A DNA stretch of 64,000 nucleotides from Octopus sinensis (GCF_006345805.1 NC_043004.1:51026001-51090000), one strand, 5' to 3'. Positions 11,386 to 24,104 are shown, counted from the stretch's first letter. Numbers and translations are program-made. Notes: generated by a model from the letters alone, not told the origin.

Positions 11386-12102
11386 TATAATTTCAACAAT
11401 TGAGGGTAAAATTAATTAATATTAATCAATTTCACCAAGTATTCAGTATGCAAAGGACCATTTAAGGCGAATTCAAATTATTACATTATATAAAAGGGTT
11501 AGTAAAATAAATTACTTTGCCGCTACTGAACTCATTAGAAATAGTAGCTACAAAAAACTTTTTAAAAACTATTTCTAATACTTAAAGAAAAACCTCTCTC
11601 ATATAGTGTTTGCTCAATTCAACTCACGAAAGTATGGGGGTAAAGACATTAAAAATCAAATGCAAAGGTTATTTGAGAACGTACGTTTCAAGATTAGTCA
11701 ACTCGACATTTCTATCATCAACTCAGAACTCCTTGGTTTGGACTTGAAAACACTGAAAGTGGGAGTATACCCTGTCGGCTTCTTATCGCTTCTGAAGATC
11801 TGCTCGAAACTAACAGTGCCAGCAACTCAAAATGCAAGCGAAGAATTTCTGCTCTCCCCTTTCCACCAGCGGGTTAAAATCAGTAACACACTATGCTTTT
11901 TGCGGTAAAATCCGAGCATTAAATAGAGAGAGATGAATTATAATTTCAACAATTGAGGGTAAAATTAATTAATATTAATCAATTTCACCAAGTATTCAGT
12001 ATGCAAAGGGACCATTTAAGGCGAATTCAAATTATTACATTAATAAAAGGGTAGTAAAATAATTACTTTGCCGCATACTGAACTCATTAGAAATAGTAGC
12101 TA
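11386..12102 (-). mobile_element. HHR-bearing non-coding element (family Z2), 1.3 tandem units of ~553 bp
   Basis: 11386-11550 is directly repeated at ~11939-12102; HHR at 11674-11725. Confidence 0.75.
11674..11725 (-). ncRNA. Type I hammerhead ribozyme (C3U in this copy)
   Basis: Minus strand reads tgag-TTGATGA-...-GAAAC-gtac-GTT-ctca. Confidence 0.7.
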
Positions 12103-12337
12103 TATTGCCGCAAAGGCATTTACTTCAAAATACGCCAGCTAAGATAAGTTAAACTGTCTAAAGTCATAAGATACCCGCTGTTTTTGTCCTGTTATTACTA
12201 TTCTTGTTTTTACCATTATTGTTTTTTGTATTTATATTCGTGTGGCATCGTCCGTTTGTCTGTCCTTGTTTCGTATACATTCGATCCCTTTTCCCAAGAA
12301 ATCTAATGCTCGCAGCTTAGTTTTTCCTTGGGGCTGG

Positions 12338-12413
12338 CCGGATCGGAGCGATATCAGGATTAATCAGCCGAGATTGCTAGGATGATCCGGTTCCTGACTG
12401 AAGATTAGAGGCT
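12338..12413 (+). ncRNA. Putative reversed-strand-order hammerhead (family R1; GAAA>GAGA in this copy)
   Basis: ccggatc-gg-agcga-TA|-tcagga-ttaatc-agcc-GAGA-ttgct-aggat-gatccgg-t-tcctga-CTGAAGA-ttaga-ggct. Stem I tcagga/tcctga covaries with tcaaga/tcttga of the 55487 copy. Confidence 0.65.
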
Positions 12414-12502
12414 TCGAATGACCCGTCCGTTTTTTGTGTCGTCTCTTTGTGTGTTTTGCGTTCTTGTCCCATTTTGTATTTTTATATATAATTTTTATAT
12501 AT

Positions 12503-12988
12503 GAGTGTCTGTCACCTTCGATTTAGATTCCTAACTACTCCCACATTTTGCGGTGCAGTTTAACCAAATTCGGGTATCTTATAGTCGTGATTCATATCGA
12601 GCCCGTCTGAGTATTAGCGCGCGTCTACGATGAGTCTACGATTTTAAAAATAATTTAACATAATTTTTTATTCCATTTTAATGCATAATTTTTCGTGTGT
12701 CGATGGCGGCAGAGTTGGCGTCCATGGTCACACCTGCACCTGTTTGCTTCTCCCCCTTCTTCCCTCCCTCGTGAAGCTGTGGGGAAGGGAGTGTAAGGAA
12801 ATCAACGTCGTAAAGCGTTGTCAAGGAGACCAGCGTTCTTTTAGAACAACGACTTCATGGCTTGAAGACACCAAAACAGAAATGGCTAAGAAAGCCCGAA
12901 TTGGCATCTATAAGGGAAGTAACTCCCTAAAAATGCTTTTATAGTTATTTTCCTTACAAACCCGAGCAACGCCGGGTGATACTGCTAG
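12503..12988 (+). mobile_element. Helitron H1 variant with ~215-bp extra internal segment
   Basis: Same 5' body and CTAG|T hairpin end as 6899..7291; 12695-12908 is absent from the other two copies. Confidence 0.8.
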
Positions 12989-13096
12989 TATATATATATA
13001 TATATACCCTCCTTTTCTTCTTTCCTGAGCGCCAATAATGCTATATTTGTTCCACGTCCTCGCGTTGTTGTGTTTTTTGTGCTTTCTTGTTTGGAT

Positions 13097-13155
<59 letters not shown>

Positions 13156-13179
13156 GTTGGAGTATATATATTTGTGCAG

Positions 13180-13544
13180 GTGTAGGAGTGGCTGTGTGGT
13201 AAGTAGCTTGCTTACCAACCACATGGTTCAGGGTTCAGTTCCACTGCGTGGCACCGTGGGCAAGTGTCTTCTACTTGTGAGTGGTTTTGGTAGACGGAAA
13301 CTGAAAGAAGCCCATCGTATATGTGTATCGTATACGTGTGTGTATTTGGTTGTCTGTGTTTGTCCCCCCAACATCGCTTGACAACAGATGCTGGTGTTTA
13401 CGTCCTCGTAACTTAGCGGTTCAGCAAAAAGAGACCTATAGAATAAGTACTAGGCTTACAAAGAATAAGTCCTGGGGGCGATTTGCTAGGCTAAAGGCGG
13501 TGCTCCAGCATGGCAACAGTCAAATGACTGAAACAAGTAAGAGA

Positions 13545-13546
<2 letters not shown>
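13180..13546 (+). mobile_element. SINE family A
   Basis: Homologous to 8181-8630. Confidence 0.9.
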
Positions 13547-13597
<51 letters not shown>

Positions 13598-13761
13598 AAA
13601 TGAGAAAATGGAGAAACATACCTAAATCAATCATCAACCATCAGATAATACCCAATCAATACTTTATTAAACCATTACACAACAGCAATGACATTATACA
13701 TAATATATTACAAATATAACTAGACATAGAAATAGAAATAGAAAATACAATTACACTGTAG

Positions 13762-13870
13762 CTGACAGCTGTTTCGGCCGTGAAGACAGGTATGTCCCAT
13801 TTAACCTATTAGCCATATAAAGCAGGTATAAATGAGACATTAACAAGAATGTCTCACGGCCTCTTCAGAG
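13762..13870 (-). ncRNA. Type I hammerhead ribozyme with long stem II, in a PLE-type terminal repeat (~13597-14085)
   Basis: Minus strand reads ct-CTGAAGA-ggccgtga...tcacggcc-GAAAC-agct-GTC-ag; palindromic loop III; stem I only 2 bp. Confidence 0.75.
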
Positions 13871-14129
13871 AATTTAATGTAAGTATGAAAAAAATTTACA
13901 TATAAATATAAAAATGTGTGCATAGACACTCATAATTCTACACATATATATATATACACAATAATACAATATAAACAATATATATCAATATACATTAACA
14001 AACACAATAATGTTCCATATTGAACTCATAGTTCTATAACCAACATCAAGGAAATACATGTACACTCACATTTAAAGCAGGCATATATATATATATATAT
14101 ATATAAATAGATGATGTATATTTTACCTT

Positions 14130-14278
14130 ACTCTCTCTCTTTTTACTCTTTTACTTGTTTCAGTCATTTGACTGCGGCCATGCTGAAGCACCGCCTTTAG
14201 TCGAGCAAATCGACCCCGGGACTTATTCTTTGTAAGCCCAGTACTTATTCTATCGGTCTCTTTTGCCGAACCGCTAAC
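14130..14278 (-). mobile_element. SINE family A tail
   Basis: Reverse complement of the family A 3' end. Confidence 0.85.
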
Positions 14279-14451
14279 AATTAACACGGAAAAAATAAAT
14301 AAATATATACCAGGGTAGCAAAAATCTCACAAGTAAAGATGTTGTAACTCCTTGTTTATAAAGGTAGAAACTTCGTGTTTACGTTGAATATTTTGAATAA
14401 TATATGAATAAATAAATGGAGTTTAACGCAGGTGTAATCAAATATTTTTAC

Positions 14452-14533
14452 TTTCGACACATGTTTCGAAAATTCCACTGATACTACTCAAAAGAATAAA
14501 TGGCATAAACAATGCAATCTTCTCCTCAGGAAA
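14452..14533 (-). ncRNA. Type I hammerhead ribozyme
   Basis: Minus strand reads tttc-CTGAGGA-gaagattgca...tggaattttc-GAAAC-atgt-GTC-gaaa. Confidence 0.75.
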
Positions 14534-14788
14534 TTGAAAAAAGCGAAACTCGTCAATAAGACATTTTAGCAAAAAATGATGTATTTGTATAGCGATAGAC
14601 AGAACGCTATTAATATTGTTTAAAAAAACGTTATATGATATAACGTCATAAGTAGCTTACAGAAAGGGTAGGGATATTAATAGTGAATGTTAAATATAAA
14701 GGAAATTAAAGTTTAAATTATATATAATGATAGAGACTACTTATATGCACTAAATGTATATATTATATATATATGTTATATATATATA

Positions 14789-14832
<44 letters not shown>

Positions 14833-15179
14833 TATATAATATATATATATATATATATACCTGAGAAGGAAATTGGGCAGTTCAGCACCATCTTACGACT
14901 CAGCATCGAAGCAAAAATATTTTTCATTCTGTATATTAGCGACAGAAGCAGTACTACTGACAGATAACATTTATCCCTACGTAAATGTGAATGTTCTATT
15001 AGAACAAACTATACTGTTGTAGTTGCGTTGAAACTCTCACATTTGGCTTTTTGGTGCAAATTGCTCTCTTGTTTGTATCGTTATATTTTTCATTATCTTT
15101 TCCCGTCTGCCGACAAAGTTCCTCCTCCAAAAAGAGTACATTATACATTATAACAGAAAGGTGGGATCACTTGAACACC

Positions 15180-15436
15180 TGGCTGCCTGGAGGATATGAC
15201 GGCATATCACGCAACTCTTAATTAAAGCGAAGAAAGGCAAAGGATATCGGGTGGTTCTGTGACTGGCCTCACCAAAGGCCTCCCTCCGGCTCTATGTTGC
15301 ATAAGCTGCAAGAGGAAGTTTTTCGAAGTCACCATGTTCCCAGCTGGATCAACTGAGTGAGAGAAGGGGCCTGGTGCCGAAAGACCTGAAACTCCATCAT
15401 AAACTTGGAACGTCATTGATAGTTCATCCCAGAGCA
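15180..15436 (+). mobile_element. Degenerate 3' end of a HERO/NeSL-like RLE LINE with decayed reversed-order HHR (15353-15430)
   Basis: gaaagacctgaaactcc...acgtcattgatagttcatccc resembles the HERO-type 3' UTR as recalled from memory (not verified); pairings ctgagt/acttgg, gggg/ctcc, tggtg/cgtca. Confidence 0.45.
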
Positions 15437-16067
15437 TGAATGTGTGTGTGTGTGTGTATTTTTGTATATAAATCTTATACATAAATGGTAATTTCTGTCT
15501 GTCGATCTGACTGTTATTATCTTGCTGACTACACCAATGAACCAATCTTGGGGACACTTTGCAAACATATTAAACTTACATCCAGTTCAATTATAGGCTA
15601 ATTAGATTTCACTAAAATTATATAATGAACCCCCTAGGTGTGTGTATGTGGGGGGGTATTATTTCTTAAAATGAGAAAGATGCAAACAGTGTTAATGTGA
15701 GTGAAATGTGGTGGCTTAGTGAGTGTGGCTGATATCAGAGGTGGGTAGAAAAGCCTTGTGTAAACGACAAATATGGAGTGGCAGTAGGATGGTAACGTTA
15801 ATACAGCTACCATTCACAGATATACACGTGACGCTGCATACATGCTTTCGTAAATACATAGATACATGCATACACACACAGAGTACACACACACGCTACA
15901 CACACATACACATGCACACACGCATAACTAACTTTTAAACGCCGAGGAAGGGAAAGAAAGGTAGGTATGAGGAATACGTCGATTTAAGGAGAGACGGGTA
16001 GGTGGCTTTTCGGCTGTCCATCGCAAAGTAACACACACACACACACACGCACGCACACACACACACA

Positions 16068-16098
<31 letters not shown>

Positions 16099-16684
16099 GT
16101 CTACCATTTTAAACTCACGATTACCCGTGTGTACGTTTGTAAATGTGTCTGTGTGTGTTTGTGGGTGACGTCCTATAACTGTCTGCCTCTCTACTCTTCC
16201 ATGTTGCTGTCACATATTGTGAGATTTTAAGATTACGTCCAAAATTTTCAAATTTGGTATATTGAAATAATTTTCCATGTTAAATCCAATTTTGCTATTT
16301 ATTTGCTCCAGAAAAATTACAGAAACATGTTAATGAAGTTTAAATTTTAATCAATTTTACCTAATCAGAAAACAGAATTTGGAAGCTGGCATTTTCTGCA
16401 GATAGTTGTCTGTCACAAAATGAAAGCAAAATCATTACGACGAGGAATTTTTATTAAACAAGCGAAACCAAAGTTGTTAGAACTTCTAAAATTTTAATAA
16501 GTTTTCAAGAATAAAAACATGTGAAACGGTTGAACAGACATATAAATAATTTAAAAAGAAAAATCCTCAACGAAATTTTTTGCGAAAAATTGCAAAAATC
16601 TCTCCTGATCAAGAGGCCAATCTGTTGGGGAAGGTATGACCTGACATGGAATAAACGGGCTATTCAGCTAGTGTGTGTATATAG

Positions 16685-17094
16685 CCTTTTACTCTTTTAC
16701 TTGTTTCAGTCATTTGACTGTGGCCATGGTGCAGCACCGCCTTTAGTCGACGGAATCGACCCCAGGACTTATTTTTTGTAAGCCTAGTACTTATTCTATC
16801 AGTCTCTTTTTCTGAACCGCTAAGTTATGGGGACGTAAACACACCAGCATCTGTTGTCAAGCGATGTTGGGGGACAAACACAGACACACAAACATATATA
16901 AACACATACACACACATATATACATATATACGACGGGCTTCTTTCAGTTTCCGTCTACCAAATCCACTCACAAAACTTTGGTCGGCCCGAGTCTATAGTA
17001 GAAGACATTTGCCCAAGGTACCACGCAGTTGGACTGAACTCAGAACTATGTGGTTGGTAAGCAAGCTACTTACCACACAGCCACTCCAGCACCT
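16685..17094 (-). mobile_element. SINE family A
   Basis: Full reverse-complement copy. Confidence 0.9.
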
Positions 17095-17171
17095 ATTTTT
17101 TTATGTATGAAATATAATTAATTTAATAAAATCAATAAATTTCACCTAGTAGTGTTTCGGTATGGAAAGGA

Positions 17172-17238
<67 letters not shown>

Positions 17239-17424
17239 TATATATATATAGGTCTCAAATTTTGGCACAGCACCAGGAAATTCAGGTGTGTAAGTAAGTC
17301 AATTACATTGGTACCAATGCTCAACTGGTACTTATCTTATCGACTCTGAAGGGATGAAAGCCGACCGCGGTGGGATTCGAACTCAGATATATATATAGCG
17401 GCGTACGTACACTTTGTTCTCTTG

Positions 17425-17455
<31 letters not shown>

Positions 17456-17622
17456 ATATTCACATGAGTCTTGTACTATTAAGTCAGTTAGTCGGTTGCA
17501 ATTTTGTTTGTTTTGTTGTTGCTTTATCTTTTTTCAAATTAAAAAACAGACTACTTTTCAATTTCTTAATTACATTCTACTTTAATTAACGAAGTGGTTA
17601 ATGACCTATACATGTTAATTGT

Positions 17623-17702
<80 letters not shown>

Positions 17703-18038
17703 CATATAGGCAATCTTTATAAGTATGTATGTATATATGTATGTATGTATGTGTGTATGTATGTATGTATGTGTGATTATTTTGTCTTGGACAGGAAGCT
17801 GTAATTAATCACCACTTCGATAGAAATGTAATTAAGAAGTAATTAAAAATAGTTCGCCTCTTGCACACATCTTCACACACATAAACATAGGTACACACAT
17901 GTATTATAAATAATAGTCAGTGGCCAACTACAATGGCATGAAGTGGGATAGTGACTAAAATATATATATACAGTTAGGGGTCTTTTACCCGGTTTCCAGT
18001 AATCTGGGACTACTGTACTTTTCGTGCAATATACTGTG

Positions 18039-18385
18039 GGATATGGGTTCCGGTTGATCCGATCAACGGAACAGCCTGCTCGTGAAATTAACGTGTAAGT
18101 GGCTGAGCACTCCACAGACACGTGTACTCTTAACGTAGTTCTCGGGGATATTCAGCGTGACACAGAGAGTGAAATACAGGTACAACAGAAACAGGAAGTA
18201 AGAGTGAGAGAAAGTTGTGGTGAAAGAGTACAGCAGGGATCACCACCATCCCCTGCCGGAGCCTCGTGGAGCTTTAGGTGTTTTCACTCAATTAACACTG
18301 AATCGACGCCCGGTCTGGGAATCGAAACCGCGATACTACGACCGCGAGTCCGCTGCCCTAACCACTGGGCCATTGCGCCTCCACT
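18039..18385 (-). mobile_element. tRNA-derived SINE family C with 12-bp TSD
   Basis: TSD caatatactgtg at 18027-18038 and 18386-18397; A and B boxes on the minus strand. Confidence 0.9.
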
Positions 18386-19066
18386 CAATATACTGTGCGC
18401 TGTATAGTGTAAAGAGATCCTGTTTTTGAAATTGGCTAATTTGCTTACAGTGTGTTAATAGTTTTGTTCTTTAGTTTAAAAAAAAAACAACTGATTTGAT
18501 GAGGATTGAATTCGCTTTGCTTCAAAGCGTATTAATTTATTCCTGCATCTTTTAAATACATTTCAGTTTCTTTACTTTCCAGAGGTTATTTTATATTTTA
18601 AGCATATTAGTCAGTCTTCAGAAACCCGGAAGATGCAGAACTCTGACTCACTCCAAGCTTGCCGGATATTTAACCGGTACTGTTTATGCATGTATGTATG
18701 TATGTATGTATGTATGTATGTATGTATGTATGTATGTATGTATGTGTATGGAGGTATGTATGTGTGTATGTACGTATGTGTCTGTGTATGTATGTATGTA
18801 TGTATAAATATATAAATATTTATTCAAATATATACATATATATACAAATATATACATATATATACAAATATATACATATATATACAAATATATAAATATA
18901 TTGTATGTATGTATGTATGTATGTATGTATGTATGTATGCATGTATGTATGTATAAATACATACATATGTGTGTGTGTGTGTATAATAAGTATAAAGAAG
19001 AAAATTATTATTCATATGAATTAATATTAGTATATATACACATACATACATACATACATACATACA

Positions 19067-19100
<34 letters not shown>

Positions 19101-19213
19101 GGTGGCTGCCCCCACGTTATCGAGTATGGCCATTGCACGAAGCTTAATCAATGAACGGCAACGTGAAACTCAGAGTAACAGGTTTTGTTGAATTTTCTGC
19201 TGCTTTAAATAAA

Positions 19214-19251
<38 letters not shown>

Positions 19252-19542
19252 TTATCCGTAATAATGAAGGGTGAAATTAATTAATTTGGAATAATTATCA
19301 ATTACACCAAGTAGTCTCGGCATGTAAAAGCCTCATTCGAGGAAAATTAAGTAATACTAAGCAATAAAGGGGTTAGCAACGAATTGCCTTACCACATACC
19401 GAATTTAGAAATAGCAGTCAAAGAGTTATAGCTATTTCTTCTACTAAAAAGGGAGATCTCAGTAAAAACAGCAATTGGAAGGCAGACACAAACAGGTAAG
19501 AGAGAATGAATTGACGGCAATCTATCATACAATTTTAAGTTA

Positions 19543-19654
19543 TCTACGGACGTACGTTTCGAAATCAAGTTTAGGAAAGCATAAGAATTAAATATTAAAT
19601 ATTAAATATTAAATAATTCTATCTCACCAAAACTTCTTTTCTCTTCAGCGTAGA
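19543..19654 (-). ncRNA. Type I hammerhead ribozyme (Z1 unit)
   Basis: Reverse complement of the 21082 motif, with an intact core. Confidence 0.85.
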
Positions 19655-21081
19655 ATACTATAATCATAATGATTATATATGAATTTTGAGATACTAGAAG
19701 GCACCAACTCAACTCAGTATCAGAGCGAGCTAGAATCCGCAAATAGTATCACCAAATTCAATGTTTGAATGAAAAGATTGTGTCACCAGCCCCTTCCCAC
19801 CCGCGCGTAGCCAAAACAAGATGCTGTGGTCATCTACTGAGATAAAATATGGTTATCCGTAATAATGAAGGGTGAAATTAATTAATTTGGAATAATTATC
19901 AATTACACCAAGTAGTCTTCGGCATGTAAAAGCCTCATTCGAGGAAAATTTAAGTAATACTAAGCAATAAAGGGTTTAGCAACGAATTGCCTTACCACAT
20001 ACCGAATTTAGAAATAGCAGTCAAGAGTTATAGCTATTTCTTCTACTAAAAAAGGGAGATCTCAGTAAAAACAGCAATTGGAAGGCAGACACAAACAGGT
20101 AAGAGAGAATGAATTGACGGCAATCTATCATACAATTTTAAGTTATCTACGGACGTACGTTTTGAAATCAAGTTTTAGGAAAGCATAAGAATTAAATATT
20201 AAATATTAAATATTAAAATAATTCTATCTCACCAAAACTTCTTTTCTCTTCAGCGTAGAATACTATAATCATAAATGATGATATATTGAATTTTGAGATA
20301 CTAGAAGGCACCAACTCAACTCAGTATCAGAGCGAGCTAGAATCCGCAACTAGTATCACCAAATTCAATGTTTGAATGAAAAGATTGTGTCACCAGCCCC
20401 CTTCCCACCCGCGTGTAGCCAAAACAAGATGCTGTGGTCATCTACTGAGATAAAATATGGTTATCCGTAATAATGAAGGGGAAATAATTAATTAATGAAG
20501 AGAAAAGAAGTTTTGGTGAGATAGAATATTAATATTTAAATTTATATTTAATCTTATGCTTTCCTAAAAACTTGATTTCGAACGTACGTCCGTAGATAAC
20601 TTAAATTGTATGATAGATTGCCGTCAATTCATTCTCTCTTACCTGTTTGTGTCTGCCTTCCAATTGTTGTTTTACTGAGATCTCCCTTTAGTAGAAGAAA
20701 TAGCTATAAACTCTTGACTGCTATTTCTAAATTCGGTATGTGGTAAGGCAATTCGTTGCTAAACCCTTTATTGCTTAGTATACTTAAATTTCTCGAATGA
20801 GGCTTTTACATGCCGAAGACTACTTGGTGTAATTGATATTTATTCCAACTTAATTAATTTCACCCTTCATTATTACGGATAACCATATTTTATCTCAGTA
20901 GATGACCACAGCATCTTGTTTTGGCTACACGCGGTGGGAGGGGCTGGTGACACAATCTTTCCATTCACACACATTGAATTTGGTGATACTAGTTGCGGAT
21001 TCTAGCTCGCTCTGATACTGATTGAGTTGGTGCCTTCTAGTATCTCAAAATTCAATATATAATCATTTATGATTATAGTAT

Positions 21082-21194
21082 TCTACGCTGAAGAGAAAAG
21101 AAGTTTTGGTGAGATAGAATTATTTAATATTTAATATTTAATATTTAATTCTTATGCTTTCCTAAAAACTGATTTCGAAACGTACGTCCGTAGA
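21082..21194 (+). ncRNA. Type I hammerhead ribozyme, ~80-nt stem II; predicted cleavage after 21188
   Basis: tctacg-CTGAAGA-gaaa..agttttgg..agaatta/taattct..ctaaaaact..tttc-GAAAC-gtac-GTC|-cgtaga. Confidence 0.9.
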
Positions 21195-21683
21195 TAACTT
21201 AAAATTGTATTGATAGATTGCCGTCAATTCATTCTCTCTTACCTGTTTGTGTCGCCTTCCAATTGTTGTTTTTACTGAGATCTCCCTTTTTAGTAGAAGA
21301 AATAGCTATAACTCTTTGACTGCCTATTTCTAAATTCGGTATGTGGTAAGGCAATTCGTTGCTAAACCCTTTATTGCTTAGTATTACTTAATTTTCTCGA
21401 ATGAGGCTTTTACATGCCGAAGACTACTTGGTGTATTGATAATTATTCCCAATTAATTAATTCACCCTTCATTATTACGGATAACCATATTTTATCTCAG
21501 TAGATGACCACAGCATCTTGTTTTGGCTACACGCGGGTGGGAAGGGGGGGTGACACAATCTTTTCATTCAAACATTGAATTTGGTGATACTAGTTGCGGA
21601 TTCGAGCTCGCTCTGATACTGAGTTGAGTTGGTGCCTTCTAGTATCTCAAAATTCAATATATAATCATTTATGATTATAGTAT

Positions 21684-21796
21684 TCTACGCTGAAGAGAAA
21701 AGAAGTTTTGGTGAGATAGAATTATTAATATTTAATATTTAATATTTAATTCTTATGCTTTCCTAAAAACTTGATTTCGAAACGTACGTCCGTAGA
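21684..21796 (+). ncRNA. Type I hammerhead ribozyme; predicted cleavage after 21790
   Basis: Same fold as 21082; 602 nt between the two cleavage sites. Confidence 0.9.
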
Positions 21797-21979
21797 TAAC
21801 TTAAAATTGTATGATAGATTGCCGTCAATTATTCTCTCTTACCTGTTTGTGTCTGCCTTCCAATTGCTGTTTTTACTGGATCTCCATTTTAGTAGAAGAA
21901 ATAGCTATAAACTCTTTGACTGCTATTTCTAAATTCGTATGTGGTAAGGCAATTCGTTGCTAAACCCTTTATTGCTTAG

Positions 21980-22012
<33 letters not shown>

Positions 22013-22047
22013 TATATATATCTTTATATATATATATATATATAGAT

Positions 22048-22095
<48 letters not shown>

Positions 22096-22355
22096 ATATA
22101 TATATATTTATATATATAGACTATATACATATACATGTACACATATATATACATATTATGTATGTTAATGTAGCATGTATGTATGTATAAATACATACAT
22201 ATGTGTGTGTGTATAATAAGTATAAAAAATAAAATTATATTCATATGAATTAATATATAGTATATATGTGTGGATGTGTGTCTATATATATATTATCTAT
22301 ATAATATAGATATTTATATATATATATACATATATATACATATATATATAAATAT

Positions 22356-22412
<57 letters not shown>

Positions 22413-22593
22413 GCACACATATATATATATACATATATATGCATGTATGTATGTATGCATGTATGTATGTATAAATACATACATATGTGTGTGTGTATAA
22501 AAGTATAAAAAAGAAAATTATTATTCATATGAATTAATATTAGTATATATATCGTGTATGTATATAATATATATATATATATATATATGTGTG

Positions 22594-22652
<59 letters not shown>

Positions 22653-22695
22653 CATACATACATACATACATACATACATACATACATACATACAT

Positions 22696-23105
22696 GTTGG
22701 CTGCCCCGTCGTTATCGAGTATGGCCATTGCACGAAGCTTAATCAATGTTGTTATCGTGCAATGCCTGTGCAAGAAGATTTTTTGTAAGTTTGGGAAAGG
22801 CTGTGCACTGAGTCAATCCCACTCACTAAGCAACAGCAGCCATAATCCGAAAAGAAGAACAAGTCAACATCATCGGTAACCACTGAGCTGCAGGTTTTAT
22901 GTCGGAGTTATCCCAGTTAACTGAGTTACCTTCTCCCAGAAGGATGCCCTAACAAAGGCTGGGAGTCCTTCACTCCCAATGGTTTAACCGCGCGATCGGG
23001 TATTCAGTCCGATTATTTCTATGTCCCCGCGCATGATACTGCCTTAAGACATTTATTGGATGGCCATTGACTCTCAAGAGTTCCTCCGCCCTTTGACGGG
23101 TTTTG
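22696..23105 (-). mobile_element. Short non-autonomous RTE-like retroelement
   Basis: 3' hairpin cattgcacga/tcgtgcaatg; RTE-5'UTR-like ttctcccagaaggatgccctaacaaaggct; a truncated copy lies at ~19100-19152. Confidence 0.45.
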
Positions 23106-23352
23106 TACGAATGTTTATCCTTACATATCTATGAAAATGGCGGGCTTTTTCGCAATGCTTTTCGGTAACAAATTGCCTAGTCGGAATAAAAATTCAGTAT
23201 TGAACTATTCCGGTGAAAAATATAAATTAACAATTGAGGATAAAGTCATTTTCATAGATATGTAAGGATAAACATTCGTACATGCTACGATGAATTCTAC
23301 GGTTGGCTATCGAGTTTGTAATGTTATGTTTTTTCTTATATCTCTTGAGTTT

Positions 23353-23416
23353 GTTGCACTGACGAACATGAAATGCATATTCTGCATTAAATGCGAAATC
23401 ACATGTGATATGTAAC
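23353..23416 (+). ncRNA. Type I hammerhead ribozyme in a PLE-type repeat (~23104-23542)
   Basis: gttgca-CTGACGA-acat..aatgca/tgcatt..atgc-GAAA-tcacatgtg-ATA|-tgtaac; a 35-bp inverted repeat lies upstream at 23104-23139/23248-23282. Confidence 0.8.
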
Positions 23417-23568
23417 TGAATTCTTTTTTAAAATGTGTTTTGAAGTTTTGCATTCGGTAATATTTTGTTTATTTTTAGTAGTTTTGACCGCATTGGTCCC
23501 TCTTAGCGTGTTGGTATCTACTAATAGTAGTACCCTCATTATAATATATATATTATATATATATATAG

Positions 23569-23623
<55 letters not shown>

Positions 23624-23705
23624 CATATATATATATATATATACATATAATATATATATATATATATTATATATACATATATATATATATAATATATATA
23701 TATAT

Positions 23706-23802
<97 letters not shown>

Positions 23803-23857
23803 TATACATATATTATATATATATATATACATATATATACATAATATATATATCTAT

Positions 23858-23902
<45 letters not shown>

Positions 23903-23913
23903 TATATATAATA

Positions 23914-23948
<35 letters not shown>

Positions 23949-23949
23949 T

Positions 23950-24104
23950 ACGACGGGCTTCAATTCCGTCTACCAAATCCACTCACAAGGTTTTTGTTCG
24001 GCCGAGGCTATAGTAGAAGACACTTGCCCAAGGTAGCACTCAGTGGGACTGAATCCGGAACCATGTGGTTGGTAAGCAAGCTACTTACCACACAGCCACT
24101 CCTA
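23950..24104 (-). mobile_element. SINE family A head
   Basis: Reverse complement of the family A 5' half. Confidence 0.85.

Larger units (their letters stand above)
19248..21980. mobile_element. Retrozyme-like array (family Z1): ~600-bp non-coding units, two on minus then ~2.5 on plus, each with an HHR
   Basis: Unit starts at 19250, 19851 and 20459; orientation flips at ~20496; HHRs at 19543-19654(-), 20146-20259(-), 20496-20596(+, truncated), 21082-21194(+) and 21684-21796(+); flanked by (TA)n. Confidence 0.85.

Noticed and set aside
22940-23105. HDV-like ribozyme expected at an RTE-like 5' end
   Set aside because: I could not assemble the nested double pseudoknot by eye.
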